The notes beneath the pieces are model-generated. The model did no database searches, was not told the DNA's origin, and saw only the letters and a program-made list of their open reading frames with translations. A stretch of 64,000 nt of DNA, taken from an uncultured Verrucomicrobiae bacterium. Its GTDB lineage: Bacteria; Verrucomicrobiota; Verrucomicrobiia; Limisphaerales; JAFGQR01. How positions within the stretch are numbered: position 1 is the first letter of the stretch; each line of letters begins with the position of its first letter. The position numbers were made by a program, and so were the translations under genes. The stretch lies in NCBI GenBank assembly GCA_963788655.1, contig CAWBHS010000058.1, positions 1 to 64,000 on the forward strand, given 5' to 3'. Positions 11,189-28,024 of this stretch are shown here, piece after piece.

Positions 11189-14100
11189 ATGAATATTTCC
11201 GAAACCTTTATTCGCCGTCCGATTGCCACCACCCTGATCATGCTGGGGGCGCTGATGTTTGGGATGGTGGCGTTTCGGTCCTTGCCGGTCAGCGACCTGC
11301 CGAATGTTGATTTTCCCACCGTCATGGTGACGGCCAGCCTGCCGGGCGCCAGTCCGGAGACCATGGCGTCGGCGGTGGCCACGCCGTTGGAACGGCAATT
11401 CTCCACCATTGACGGGCTGGATTCGATGACCTCGGTCAACACCCTGGGCTACACGCAGATCACGCTTCAATTCAGCTTGCGCCGCCAGCTCAACGACGTG
11501 CCGCCGGACATCACCGCCGCCATTGCCCGCGCGTCTTCGTTGTTGCCACCCAGCATGCCGCAGCCGCCCACGTATCGCAAAGTCAACCCGGCTGACCAGC
11601 CCATCCTCTACATCGCGCTCAGTTCACCGACGCTGCCGTTGTGGAACCTGAACGAATACGGCGATACGATCATGGCCCAACGGATCTCCATGGTGAACGG
11701 GGTGGCGCAGGTGAGTGTGTATGGCAGCCAGAAATACGCCGTCCACGCGCAGGTCAATCCCAACGCGCTGGCCAGCCGCGGCCTGGGCATCGATGAGGTC
11801 GAGCAGGCGATCCGCAACGCCAACGTCAACCTGCCGGTGGGGACCATCTACGGCCAGGAACGAAATTACACCATTCAAGCCAACGGCCAATTGTTCTCCG
11901 CCGAGCCCTACAACGACATCATCCTGGCCTACCGCCACGGCGCCCCGGTGCGGCTGCGCGACGTAGGCCGCGCGGTGGATGGCGTGCAGGACGACAAAAC
12001 TGCCGCGTGGTATGCCGATCATGACCACCTGGAACGGTCGTTGGTCCTGGCGGTGCAACGCCAACCCGGCGCCAACACGGTGGAAGTGGCCGATGCCGTC
12101 AAAGCCATTTTGCCCCAACTCGAATCCTACCTGCCGCCCTCGGTCCAATTGCGTATTCTGTATGACCGGTCGGTGACGATTCGCAGTTCTGTGCGGGACG
12201 TCCAATTCACCCTGCTGCTCGCCCTGGCGCTGGTGGTGATGGTCATCTTCATTTTTCTGCGCAACCTGTCCGCCACCACCATTCCCAGCCTGGCACTGCC
12301 GCTGAGCATTGTCGGCACATTCGCCGTCATGTATGGCCTGGGCTATTCGCTGGACAATTTGTCCTTGATGGCGCTGACGCTGTGCATCGGCTTCGTGGTG
12401 GATGATGCGATCGTGATGTTGGAAAACATCGTCCGCCATATCGAGATGGGCGAGGCGCCGATGACTGCCGCCTTGAAAGGTTCCGGTCAGATTGGCTTCA
12501 CCATTCTCTCGATGACCCTGTCGCTGGCGGCGGTTTTTATCCCCATTGTGTTCATGGGCGGGATCATGGGCCGGCTCTTCCGCGAGTTTTCGATCACCAT
12601 CGTTTCGGCCATTCTCCTGTCGGGACTGGTTTCGTTGACGTTGACCCCAATGTTGTGCAGCCGGTTCCTGCGGCCCGTCGCGCGCGGGCGGCACGGGAAA
12701 GTGTATCGTGCTTCGGAGCGCGGCTTTGAGGCAATGTATCGGGCGTACGAACGGAGCCTGCACTGGGTCTTGCGGCATCGCCTGGCCATCCTGGCGATCA
12801 ATGCCATCATTCTCCTGGCCACGCTTTGGCTGCTGGTGGTCGTGCCCAAAGGATTCATACCCGATGAAGACAACAGCCAAATCTTCACCGTCACCGAGAC
12901 CGCGCAAGGCACGGCTTTCCCAGCCCTGGTGCGCCGGCAAAAGGCGGTGGTGGACATCGTGCGCAAAGATCCGAACGTCCACGCGTTCTTCTCCGGCGTG
13001 GGCGGCGCGGGCTCGGCCAGCCAGGGCGGCCAGAATTTTGGGCGGATGTTTCTCCACCTGGTCACCCCCGACCAACGCGACCTGGACGTCAACGGCGTTA
13101 TCCAGGAATTGCGCCGCAAAGTGGCCGTCGTTCCGGGCATCACCGTGTTCATGCAAAATCCCCCGGCCATTCGCATCGGCGGTCGGCTCACCAAAAGCCT
13201 TTACCAAATCTCGTTGCAGAGCCCCGACCTGGACGAACTCTATCGCGTCGTGCCGGTGTTGGAATCCAAACTGAGCGACCTGCCGGAACTGCAGGACGTG
13301 ACCAGCGACCTGCAAATCCGCAACCCGCAAGTCAACGTCGCCATCGACCGCGACAAGGCCTCGACCCTCGGCGTGACTCCCCAGCAGATTGAAAGCGCGT
13401 TGGCCAACGGTTTCGGCCCGCGCTGGATTTCGACCATCTACGCGCCCAACGATCAATACGAGGTGTTGCTCGAACTGGAACCGCATTTTCAAGAGGACCC
13501 CGCCGTCCTGTCGAAGCTTTATATTCGCTCGGCCCAAGGCCAGTTGGTGCGGCTGGATGCCGTGGCGGAACTCACCGAAACGGTCGGCCCGCAAAGCATC
13601 AGCCATTTGGGCCAACTGCCGGCGGTGACGATTTCGTTCAACCTGGCGCCTGACGTGGCGCTTAGCCAGGCCATCGAGCGGGTCACCGAAGTGGTCCAGA
13701 AAACTCTGCCGGCCTCGGTCACCGCCAGCTACCAGGGCACGGCGCAGGCGTTTCAATCCTCGCTCAAGGGCATGGGCTGGTTGCTGCTGATCGCCATCGG
13801 GTTCATCTACATCGTGCTGGGCGTCCTGTACGAAAGCTTCGTCCATCCACTGACCATTCTATCCGGTTTGCCTTCCGCCGGGTTGGGCGCTTTGCTGACG
13901 TTGCTGTTGTTCCACGTCGATTTGAACCTTTATTCCTTCATCGGATTGATTCTATTGATCGGCATCGTGAAGAAGAACGCCATCATGCAAATCGACTTCG
14001 CGCTCGATGCCCAACGCCGTGAAAACAAACCGGCCGAGGACGCAATTGTGGAAGGCTGCCTGGTGCGGTTCCGGCCCATCATGATGACCACCATGGCGGC

Positions 14101-14275
14101 GCTGGTGGCCGCCCTGCCGATTGCCACCGGCTTCAGCGGCGCTTCCCGCCGGTCGTTGGGCCTGACCATCGTGGGCGGTTTGCTCACCTCGCAACTGGTG
14201 ACGCTCTACCTCACGCCGGTAATTTACCTGTACATGGATGCCTTCCGCAGAAAAGTGGGACGACGTGCCAAATAA
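11189..14275 (+). CDS. RND efflux permease (AcrB/MdtB-C family)
   Basis: FIRRPIAT start, GFVVDDAIVMLENI, GIVKKNAIM, RFRPIMMTT; 1028 aa. Confidence 0.97.
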   Translation: MNISETFIRRPIATTLIMLGALMFGMVAFRSLPVSDLPNVDFPTVMVTASLPGASPETMASAVATPLERQFSTIDGLDSMTSVNTLGYTQITLQFSLRRQLNDVPPDITAAIARASSLLPPSMPQPPTYRKVNPADQPILYIALSSPTLPLWNLNEYGDTIMAQRISMVNGVAQVSVYGSQKYAVHAQVNPNALASRGLGIDEVEQAIRNANVNLPVGTIYGQERNYTIQANGQLFSAEPYNDIILAYRHGAPVRLRDVGRAVDGVQDDKTAAWYADHDHLERSLVLAVQRQPGANTVEVADAVKAILPQLESYLPPSVQLRILYDRSVTIRSSVRDVQFTLLLALALVVMVIFIFLRNLSATTIPSLALPLSIVGTFAVMYGLGYSLDNLSLMALTLCIGFVVDDAIVMLENIVRHIEMGEAPMTAALKGSGQIGFTILSMTLSLAAVFIPIVFMGGIMGRLFREFSITIVSAILLSGLVSLTLTPMLCSRFLRPVARGRHGKVYRASERGFEAMYRAYERSLHWVLRHRLAILAINAIILLATLWLLVVVPKGFIPDEDNSQIFTVTETAQGTAFPALVRRQKAVVDIVRKDPNVHAFFSGVGGAGSASQGGQNFGRMFLHLVTPDQRDLDVNGVIQELRRKVAVVPGITVFMQNPPAIRIGGRLTKSLYQISLQSPDLDELYRVVPVLESKLSDLPELQDVTSDLQIRNPQVNVAIDRDKASTLGVTPQQIESALANGFGPRWISTIYAPNDQYEVLLELEPHFQEDPAVLSKLYIRSAQGQLVRLDAVAELTETVGPQSISHLGQLPAVTISFNLAPDVALSQAIERVTEVVQKTLPASVTASYQGTAQAFQSSLKGMGWLLLIAIGFIYIVLGVLYESFVHPLTILSGLPSAGLGALLTLLLFHVDLNLYSFIGLILLIGIVKKNAIMQIDFALDAQRRENKPAEDAIVEGCLVRFRPIMMTTMAALVAALPIATGFSGASRRSLGLTIVGGLLTSQLVTLYLTPVIYLYMDAFRRKVGRRAK

Positions 14276-14334
14276 CCAAGGCTCAGCGAATGACCAGGGG
14301 CAAAGACCAATTCGCACATCTGACTGCTGGTCTG

Positions 14335-14465
14335 TAGTGGCGTCTCGGCAGAGCGCCGCCATCGAATCGAAGAAAGTCTGCCGCGCTCGACCGAAACGCA
14401 GCTACGCCAGCTTCTCGAAGTTCCCCAACGAATGCGGGAGCAAGCTCCGCGCACTCCAAACGCTA
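14335..14465. repeat. REP-like elements (GTAGTGGCGTCTCGGCAGAGCGCC doublet plus a half GGAGTGCG element)
   Basis: Same arms as at 9793-9863 and 7108-7140. Confidence 0.7.
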
Positions 14466-14600
14466 CGCGACCATGAACGCACCAGACACGCCGAACGAGC
14501 GAATTCCAATTGGGCTTGGGACCTTGGCCATTAATCATTCACCATCGCTCTTCACTTCCGTCTTCTCACTCGCCCAATTGCGCAGTAGCTTATCCGTCCA

Positions 14601-17277
14601 GTGCCGAAATCACTTTACGAACTATTGCCGCGCGATGAGAACCTCAGCTCCGACAACCTGCTGGGACGTTTCCTGGAATACGCCGAAGGCAAACGGCTTA
14701 CGCTGTATCCGGCGCAGGAGGAGGCGATTCTCGAACTTTACGAAGGCAAGAACGTCATCCTGAACACGCCCACCGGTTCGGGCAAATCGCTGGTGGCGTC
14801 GGCGCTGCATTTCCAATCCCTCGCCCAGGGACGGCGGTCGGTCTATACGTGCCCGATCAAGGCGCTGGTGAACGAGAAATGGATGGCGCTCTGCCGCGAG
14901 TTCGGACCGGACAACGTCGGCCTGAGCACCGGCGATGCCACGGTCAATCGCGACGCGCCCATTCTTTGTTGCACGGCGGAGATTCTCGCCAACATCGCGC
15001 TGCGCGAAGGTGAACAGGCGCGGGTGGAGGACGTGGTCATGGACGAGTTCCATTGGTATGCGGACCGGGATCGCGGCGGGGCCTGGCAGGTGCCGTTGTT
15101 GACCCTGCCCCAAGTGCGGTTCCTGCTGATGTCCGCCACGCTCGGCGACACGACCTTTTTCGAAGAGGAACTGACGCATCGCAACCACCGCGCGACCGCT
15201 ACGGTCCAATCCGTGGTTCGCCCGGTGCCGCTGGAGTTTTCTTATGCCGAAACTCCGCTGGCCACGACCCTCGAGAAGCTGGCCGCCGAAGGAAAGGCGC
15301 CGGTGTATGTCGTCCACTTTACACAACTCGACGCTGCCCAAAGCACGCAGGATTTCACCAGTCTCAACGTCTGCTCGCGCGAGGAAAAGAACGCCATCGC
15401 CAGTGAACTCGAAGGCTTCAAGTTTACCAGTCCCTACGGGCCGAACATCCGCAATTGGCTGAAGCACGGGATCGGCATTCACCACGCCGGGTTGTTGCCG
15501 AAATATCGCGTGCTGGTCGAGCAACTGGCGCAAAAGGGATTGCTCAAGATTATCTGCGGCACGGACACGCTCGGCGTCGGCATCAACGTGCCCATTCGCA
15601 CCGTGCTGTTCACACGGCTGTGCAAGTTTGACGGCGAGAAGACCGGCATCCTGAGCGCGCGCGATTTTCATCAGATCGCCGGCCGCGCGGGCCGCAAGGG
15701 ATTTGACGATCAGGGTTGGGTGGTGGCCAGGCGCCGGAGCACGTGGTCGAAAATCTCAGGCCCTCGAAAAGAAGGCGGCGGAGAAGGGCAAGAAGATCGT
15801 CAAGCGCCGGCCGCCTGACCGGAATTTCGTCAACTGGGACATGAAAACGTTTCAACGTCTGATCGCCGCGTCGCCCGAGCGGTTGACGTCCCGGTTCCAG
15901 GTATCGCACGGCATGCTGTTGAATGTGCTCAGCCGGCAGGGCGACGGCTGCCGGGCGATGCAGAGGCTGATCCGCGATTGTCACGAATCGCCCAAAACCA
16001 AGGTCGCGCACCGCCGGCGCGCGTGGCAATTGTTTCGATCGTTGGTGGACCGAAAGATCGTCGAGTTCATTGCATCCGGTAGCAGCCGCCGTGAAGAGGC
16101 TCTGGTTGCCCAAGACGAAGATGTAATGACAATCTCCGACAAGGACCAGAGCCTCCTTACGTCGGCTGCTACGAATTGAAAGGCAGAAGCTCCGCGTCAA
16201 CGTCGAGCTGCAGGATGATTTCTCGATGGACCAGACCTTGTCGCTCTACCTGCTGGAAACAATCCCGCTGCTCGATCCGGAGGCGCCGGATTACGCGTTG
16301 GACCTGCTCACACTAGTGGAGTCCATTCTGGAGAATCCGGAGATCATTCTACGCAAACAACTCGACAAGGTGAAGGGCCAGAGCAGTGGCCGAGATGAAG
16401 GCTGAAGGGATGGATTACGAGCAGCGCATGGAGGAGCTGGAGAAGCTCGAATACCCGAAGCCAAAGCGCGAGTTCATTTACTCGACGTTCAACGCCTTTG
16501 CGGACAGACATCCGTGGGTGGGCCAGGAAAACATCCGGCCCAAATCCATCGCGCGTGAGATGTTCGAGAACTTCCGGTCCTTTGCCGATTACATGCGCGA
16601 CTACGAACTCCAGCGCTCCGAGGGCTTGTTGCTCCGCCATCTGAACAGCGTTTACAAAGTGCATGGCGCAAACCGTGCCCGATCCGGCCAAGACCGATCC
16701 GGTGCGCGAAATGGAGCTTTATTTGGGCACCATGATTCGGCAGGTGGATTCCAGCCTGCTCGAGGAATGGGAAAAAATGCGCGATCCGGATTACGCCGCG
16801 CGAGTTGTGGCCGTACCTGCCGCCTCCACCGGCACCGAATTGCGCCCGCCTGGCGCTGAGGAAGCTGCGCAGGACATAACCCGCGATGCCAAGACCTTCA
16901 CGGCGCTGATCCGCACTCGCATCTTCACCTGTTTGCGGGGCTTGGTGATCGGGGATTTCGAGGCAGCACTGGCGACCCTAAACGTCCCGACCGACATCGA
17001 CGGCCAACCCTGGACGGCCGACCGCTTGCAACAGACCATGGACGCTTACCTGGCAGATCACGAACACCTTTGTCTCGATCCGAATGCCCGCAACTTTCGC
17101 CATACCTACGTCCGCCCTTCCGAGGATAAAAAGACTTGGAAAGTCCAACAAATGCTGGTCGATCCGGAGGAGCACAACGATTGGGTGGCCGAGTTCGAAG
17201 TGGACCTGGCCAAATCCCGCGAGGCCTCCGAGCCGGTCCTGCGCCTGGTCCGGTTGGGAAGTCTCGTAGAAAACTGA
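14601..17277 (+). CDS. DEAD/DEAH-box helicase, Ski2-like with DUF3516-type C-terminus; several frameshifts
   Basis: [31 protein letters not shown]; frames continue in 15703-16179, 16181-16385, 16386-16660, 16663-17277. Confidence 0.88.
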
Positions 17278-17448
17278 GAGCAAAACGTTACTTGCTTCGG
17301 AACTCCGATTTCGGATTTTAGACCTTAGTTTTCAACTGAAAACTTTGCGGTTTACGGCCGCCACGAGCGCAGTACCCGGAATCGTGTTAGAGCCAAAAGG
17401 AGAGCCGTTCCCCGTTGCTCTGGTGCGGGCGGGGCATGCCACATCGAT

Positions 17449-20261
<2,813 letters not shown>

Positions 20262-20349
20262 AGCAAATCAGATAGCAGCGTTCAGCAGCTTAAAAAGTTC
20301 AATTCGCCGCGGCACATAACCAGGGAGAACATCACGCCAGAGGAGTCGC

Positions 20350-23012
<2,663 letters not shown>

Positions 23013-23132
23013 TTATTTGTAGCCGCAAACGGCTTGAACCACAATTAGTTGTGGGTGGAGATTGAGGCGTATTGAACTAATTGGGGCGACCGGCTGCTCA
23101 TTGTTGGATCTAAAAAAACATTACTGTACCAG

Positions 23133-23598
23133 CGTGCTGCCGGCGTCCCGCCGGCAGAAACGGATGCATCGTGAACATCCGAACCGTTGCCGGCCTCGGA
23201 AGCGCCAAATGCGCTCGAACTGCCTTGCCAATTGGCAACCTCTTTCTCCGTTCGATCTGCCGGCAAGATGCCGGCAGCACGCTACGGCAACGTGCTGCCG
23301 GCGTCCGGCCGGCAGAAACGGATGCATCGTGAACATCCGAACCGTTGCCGGCCTCGGAAGCGCCAAGTGCGCTCGAACTGCCTTGCCAATTGGCAGCATC
23401 TTTTTCCGTTCGATCTGCCGGCAGGATGCCGGCAGCACGCTACGGCAACGTGCTGCCGGCGTCTCGCCGGCAGAAACGGATGCATCGTGAACATCCGAAC
23501 CGTTGCCGGCCTCGGAAGCGCCCAATGCGCTCGAACTGCCTTGCCAATTGGCAGCGGTCTTTCTCCGTTCGATCTGCCGGCAGGATGCCGGCAGCACG
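23133..23598. repeat. Tandem array of three 158-bp REP-doublet units
   Basis: Units start 23133, 23291, 23449; each CGTGCTGCCGGC...GCCGGCAGCACG; same palindrome family as 6498-6990. Confidence 0.95.
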
Positions 23599-23680
23599 CT
23601 CAAGCACCATTGCCAGTATGGACAACGAGCCTTTGGTTCGATGGGCGTTGGCGGCCTGATCTTTCTCCGGTCATTGGTGA

Positions 23681-25309
23681 ATGGTCATTCTTCTCATCGC
23701 ATCTCCGCTTGCTCTCCGCAAAGTCAATCCGTACAAATTGGGTGTGAACAAGACTCAAGCCACCGTGCTCCAACCGACGTTACCGAACGGACTACAATGG
23801 TTCCTTTACCTAACGGCAGGAATCACCGGCGCCGCCGTAATGATCGTCGAAATCCTTGGCGCAAAAATGCTCTCGCCTTATCTGGGCACGTCGCACTTTG
23901 TCTGGACGGCGCAGATCGCAGTCACGCTGGTGGCCCTGGCGGGCGGATACTATGTGGGTGGTATTTGGGCGGATAAAACTCTTCAACCCGCCCGGCTTTA
24001 TGGAGCCATTCTGGCCGCGGGACTTTACCTCGCCCTTACGGTGACCCTCACGAGAACCGTGGCCTACGGATTTCTGAAGTTCAGCCTCCCGGTCGGCTCG
24101 TTACTGACCTCCATCCTATTGTATTTCATTCCGCTCAGTTTGCTGGCGATGACGTGTCCATTCCTGGTCCGCTTGCTGACGGTGTCCGTCACCAGCGTCG
24201 GGGGGAATGTGGGCCGGTTGACCGCCATCAGCACGCTCGGGAGCTTCGCCGGGACCATGTTCATTGGTTACCTGATCATCCCCTACCTGCCCAATTCCAT
24301 AACGATGTACCTGACCTCGGTTTTGCTCATGCTGCTGGGGGCGATCTATTTCCTGGTTTGGGGAAAAGGAAACAGCACCAAAGGGGTGCTGCTGGTGCTG
24401 ATCGCCATCGGCGTGTCCACCGGCTACGCGGGCGTGCAGCGCGACAGCTTCCACAGTAAAGACGCCATCGAATTATATCGCGGCAATTCGAACTTTGGCA
24501 TGCTGCAGGTGCTCCAGGACAAAGACAGTCCGCGCCGCTTGTATTTGAATGATTATCTCACTCAAAACACCTACGACACCAACACCCATCAAAGCACGTC
24601 CATGTTCACCTACATGCTGCACGGATTGGCCCAGGCTTACACCAGCAACATCACCGACGTGCTGTGCATCGGATTGGGCGTGGGGATTGTGCCCATGCAA
24701 TTCGCCCGCGAAGGCGCTCACGTGGACGTGGCGGAGATCAATCCCGCCATCGTGCCGGTAGCTCGTGATTATTTTGACTTGAAACCCGAGCGGTTGCACA
24801 TCGTCATCGGTGACGGACGTTATTTCTTGAACACCTGCGCGAAGCGATACGACGCCGTCATTCTCGACGCCTTCCTGGGCGATTCGTGCCCCAGCCACTT
24901 GATGACGCGCGAAGCGTTCACGTCCATCAAACAAGTGCTCAGACCGGAGGGCACGCTGGTCATCAACACCTTTGGCAGTTTTGAGCCGGGCAAGGATTTC
25001 TTCACGGCGTCCCTCTGGAAAACGCTTAACGCGGTGTTTGCCAGGGTACTCATCCACAGTGGCCGCGGAGGCAACACCTTGTTCGTCGCCTCACCGCGCT
25101 CCGAATTGGCCATCATCCATCCGCCGAACTTCAGCACGGTGCATCCGGCCTGCGCCTGGGCCGTCGAAGATGCCTTTGCCAGTCTGCGGGAACCACGTCC
25201 CGACCATGGCATCGTACTCACGGACAATTACAACCCGGTCGATTTCTATGACGCCGTCAACCGTCAAATGCACCGCAAATATCTGGCGCGGGCCATGCGG
25301 GAATGGTGA
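23681..25309 (+). CDS. Fused membrane domain/spermidine synthase-like SAM-dependent protein
   Basis: EILGAKMLSPYLGTS TM domain; VLCIGLGVG, AEINP, GDGRYFL, ILDAF, LTDNYNP; start uncertain. Confidence 0.88.
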   Translation: MVILLIASPLALRKVNPYKLGVNKTQATVLQPTLPNGLQWFLYLTAGITGAAVMIVEILGAKMLSPYLGTSHFVWTAQIAVTLVALAGGYYVGGIWADKTLQPARLYGAILAAGLYLALTVTLTRTVAYGFLKFSLPVGSLLTSILLYFIPLSLLAMTCPFLVRLLTVSVTSVGGNVGRLTAISTLGSFAGTMFIGYLIIPYLPNSITMYLTSVLLMLLGAIYFLVWGKGNSTKGVLLVLIAIGVSTGYAGVQRDSFHSKDAIELYRGNSNFGMLQVLQDKDSPRRLYLNDYLTQNTYDTNTHQSTSMFTYMLHGLAQAYTSNITDVLCIGLGVGIVPMQFAREGAHVDVAEINPAIVPVARDYFDLKPERLHIVIGDGRYFLNTCAKRYDAVILDAFLGDSCPSHLMTREAFTSIKQVLRPEGTLVINTFGSFEPGKDFFTASLWKTLNAVFARVLIHSGRGGNTLFVASPRSELAIIHPPNFSTVHPACAWAVEDAFASLREPRPDHGIVLTDNYNPVDFYDAVNRQMHRKYLARAMREW

Positions 25310-25331
25310 TTACCCATCAAAAAAACCTTGC

Positions 25332-25360
25332 TTGTGCCCATGCTTAGGCCAGAGTATTCT
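25332..25360 (+). promoter_or_regulatory. Candidate sigma70 promoter for cysK
   Basis: TTGTGC-N17-TATTCT, about 45 bp upstream of the ATG in an AT-rich tract. Confidence 0.45.
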
Positions 25361-25406
25361 CACGATTAATAAATGACATAAACACTAAGAACAGTCAGGA
25401 AAGGAT

Positions 25407-26389
25407 ATGGGACGAATTTATAATGACATCGTGGAAACGGTGGGACACACCCCACTGGTGAAGTTGAACCGGGTCACGGCTGGACTCGAAGCCACCCTCC
25501 TCTTGAAGTGCGAATATTTCAATCCGCTGGGCAGTGTCAAAGACCGCATTGGCATGGCGATGATCCAAGTCGCCGAGCAGCAGGGCCTGGTGACCAAAGA
25601 TACCGTGATTATCGAGCCGACCAGCGGTAACACGGGCATTGCCCTGGCCTTTGTCTGCGCCGCCCACGGTTACAAGCTCATCCTGACGATGCCCGAAACG
25701 ATGTCGCTGGAACGGCGCACCCTGTTGGCCATGCTGGGGGCCAAACTGGTGCTGACGCCGGGTAGCGAGGGGATGAAAGGCGCCATTTCCCGCGCGGAAC
25801 AACTGGCCAAAGAGACCCCCAATTCTTGGATTCCCCAGCAGTTCGAAAATCCCGCCAACGTAGAAGTTCATCGCAAAACTACTGCGGAAGAAATCTGGAA
25901 TGACACCGATGGCAAAGTGGATATTCTGGTGGCGGCAGTTGGTACGGGCGGAACGATCAGCGGGTGCTGTGAAGTCATCAAACCACGCAAACCTTCCTTC
26001 CAAGCCATTGCGGTGGAACCAAAAGATTCCCCCGTCATTTCGCAAGCGCTCTCCGGCATGCCCCTCAAGCCCGGCCCCCATAAGATTCAAGGCACGGGTG
26101 CAGGGTTTATTCCCAAGAACCTGCATTTGAAAAGTGAAAAGGGTGAACCGCAAATCGTGGAGTGCATCCAAGTAACGAATGATGATGCGTTCGCAATGGC
26201 GCGGCGACTGGCCAAAGAAGAAGGGATTCTCGCCGGTATTTCCTCGGGGGCCAATGTCTGGGCCGCCATTCAAGTGGCCAAACGCCCGGAAAACAAGGGC
26301 AAGACAATCGTTACGGTAGCTTGCTCGACCGGTGAGCGCTATTTGAGTACCCCCTGGCGGCGGAGGCCAAGGCCGAGGTTGGCGCGTAA
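25407..26389 (+). CDS. cysK: Cysteine synthase A (frameshift near 26352 at the extreme C-terminus)
   Basis: [11 protein letters not shown] (PLP Lys), [30 protein letters not shown]; alternative frame ends [12 protein letters not shown]. Confidence 0.95.
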
Positions 26390-26523
26390 GCAACAAGTCC
26401 CGCCAAACCGATCACCCCGGCAGGACGCAGCACGGTCGTTGTAGCGTTGAAGCGTTAAACAGTTGAAGTGGTAGAAACTTGGGGGAACTGGCGACCTTGC
26501 TTGGGAACAAGGGTAAGTTGGAC

Positions 26524-26691
26524 TTGCAACCTCGCAGGCAGCAGTGGTTCCAGCCGGTTGAAAGTTGGCCTCATTGGGGTGTGCGGGTGCTCCAATAATT
26601 GAATTGGCGGCGCCATGAGGGACGTTCGCCATTCGCCGTAAGCGCACACATTGAATTTGCCTGGCAGCAGGCGGAACCTGTTGGCGAGCAA
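26524..26691 (+). ncRNA. Candidate structured RNA, 6S-like extended hairpin with central bubble
   Basis: Nested pairings CTCGC/GCGAG, GGTTCC/GGAACC, GTGTGCG/CGCACAC, TGGCGGCG/CGTTCGCCA; strand inferred from G-U pairs. Confidence 0.4.
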
Positions 26692-26884
26692 CCCGACGTT
26701 TTGACAGCAAAAATTAGTTGTTGCGTTCTATTGTGGAATGCTATTTATTACCGCTGTTGAAGGTCTGACCGGAAAGGCGTGCACGGTTTTTTAGACACGT
26801 TTCGGTCCTCCATTAGATTCCAAATTCACGTTAGGTTTTTGCGGGGTGGGTCCTGCAAGAAATATTTCAAAACAACACATTATT

Positions 26885-28012
26885 ATGAGCAAAGCGCCCA
26901 GCGCAGCGTCGGAATACGGTTCCGGCTATCTAGAGATATCCGAAAAAGGTTTCGGTTTTCTGCGTTCGTCGGAAAACCATTTCCAACCCAAACCGACCGA
27001 TATTTTCGTCACGCCGGACACGATCAAGCGGAACTTCCTCCGTGAAGGCAGCTTGGTGGCGGGACCGCTGCAACCCCCGCATCGCGGCAGCAGCCCGCAA
27101 CTTAAGTCGGTGGAAAAGGTCAACGAAATGCTGTTCGAAGACTACACCAAGGCGCGTCCGGTTTGAAAACCTGACGACGATTGATCCCATCGAGAAGTTC
27201 AATCTGGAAACCGATCCCGACCTCATCGAAACCCGCATCATTGACCTGGTCACCCCGATCGGCAAGGGCACTCGCGGCCTGATCGTCGCTCCGCCGCGCA
27301 CGCGGCAAAACCACGATCCTCAAGCAGATCGCCAACGCCGTGACCGCCAATCATCCGGAAGTCCAAGTGCTGGTGCTGCTGATTGACGAGCGGCCGGAGG
27401 AAGTCACCGATTTCCAACGTTCCGTCAAAGCCGAGGTCGTGGCATCCTCCAACGACCAGGATCTCGAAACTCACGTCCGGCTGTCCCGCTTCATGATCGA
27501 ACGCTGCCGGCGCATGGTGGAAGCCGGCAAGGACGTGTTCGTGCTGCTGGATTCACTCACCCGCGTGGCCCGCGCCTACAACAGCGTCCACGGCGGCAGC
27601 GGCCGCACCATGACCGGCGGCGTGGATGCCCGCGCGCTGGAGATTCCCCGCAAAATGTTTGCCTCCGCCCGCAAGATCGAGGATGGCGGCTCGCTGACCA
27701 TTCTGGCCACCGCCCTGGTGGATACCGGGTCGCGCATGGACGAACTGATCTTCCAGGAGTTCAAAGGCACCGGCAACATGGAGTTGATCCTGGACCGCAA
27801 ACTCTCCGATCGCCGCCTGTTCCCCGCCATCGACATTCCGCGCAGCGGCACGCGCAAGGAAGAGAAGCTGTTTCCGCAAGAATCAAATTGAGGCCGTGCG
27901 CAAACTGCGCCGCACGATGGTGGACTTGAATCCCGTCGAGGCGATGGAAACGCTCATCGCCGCCCTCAAGAAGCACAAGACAAACGAGGAGTTGCTGGCC
28001 AAACTGCTTTAA
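26885..28012 (+). CDS. rho: Transcription termination factor Rho, short form (frameshifts near 27155, 27300, 27885)
   Basis: [64 protein letters not shown]. Confidence 0.93.
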
Positions 28013-28024
28013 CGCATTCCCGGC

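Noticed and set aside
11624..13846. Long antisense ORFs (also 59790-62033, 4782-6425, 38471-39817, 48034-49275)
   Set aside because: Shadow frames of high-GC genes with clear family motifs on the opposite strand
26701..26750. rho promoter from TTGACA at 26701
   Set aside because: No acceptable -10 hexamer at 16-18 bp spacing; promoter position cannot be fixed
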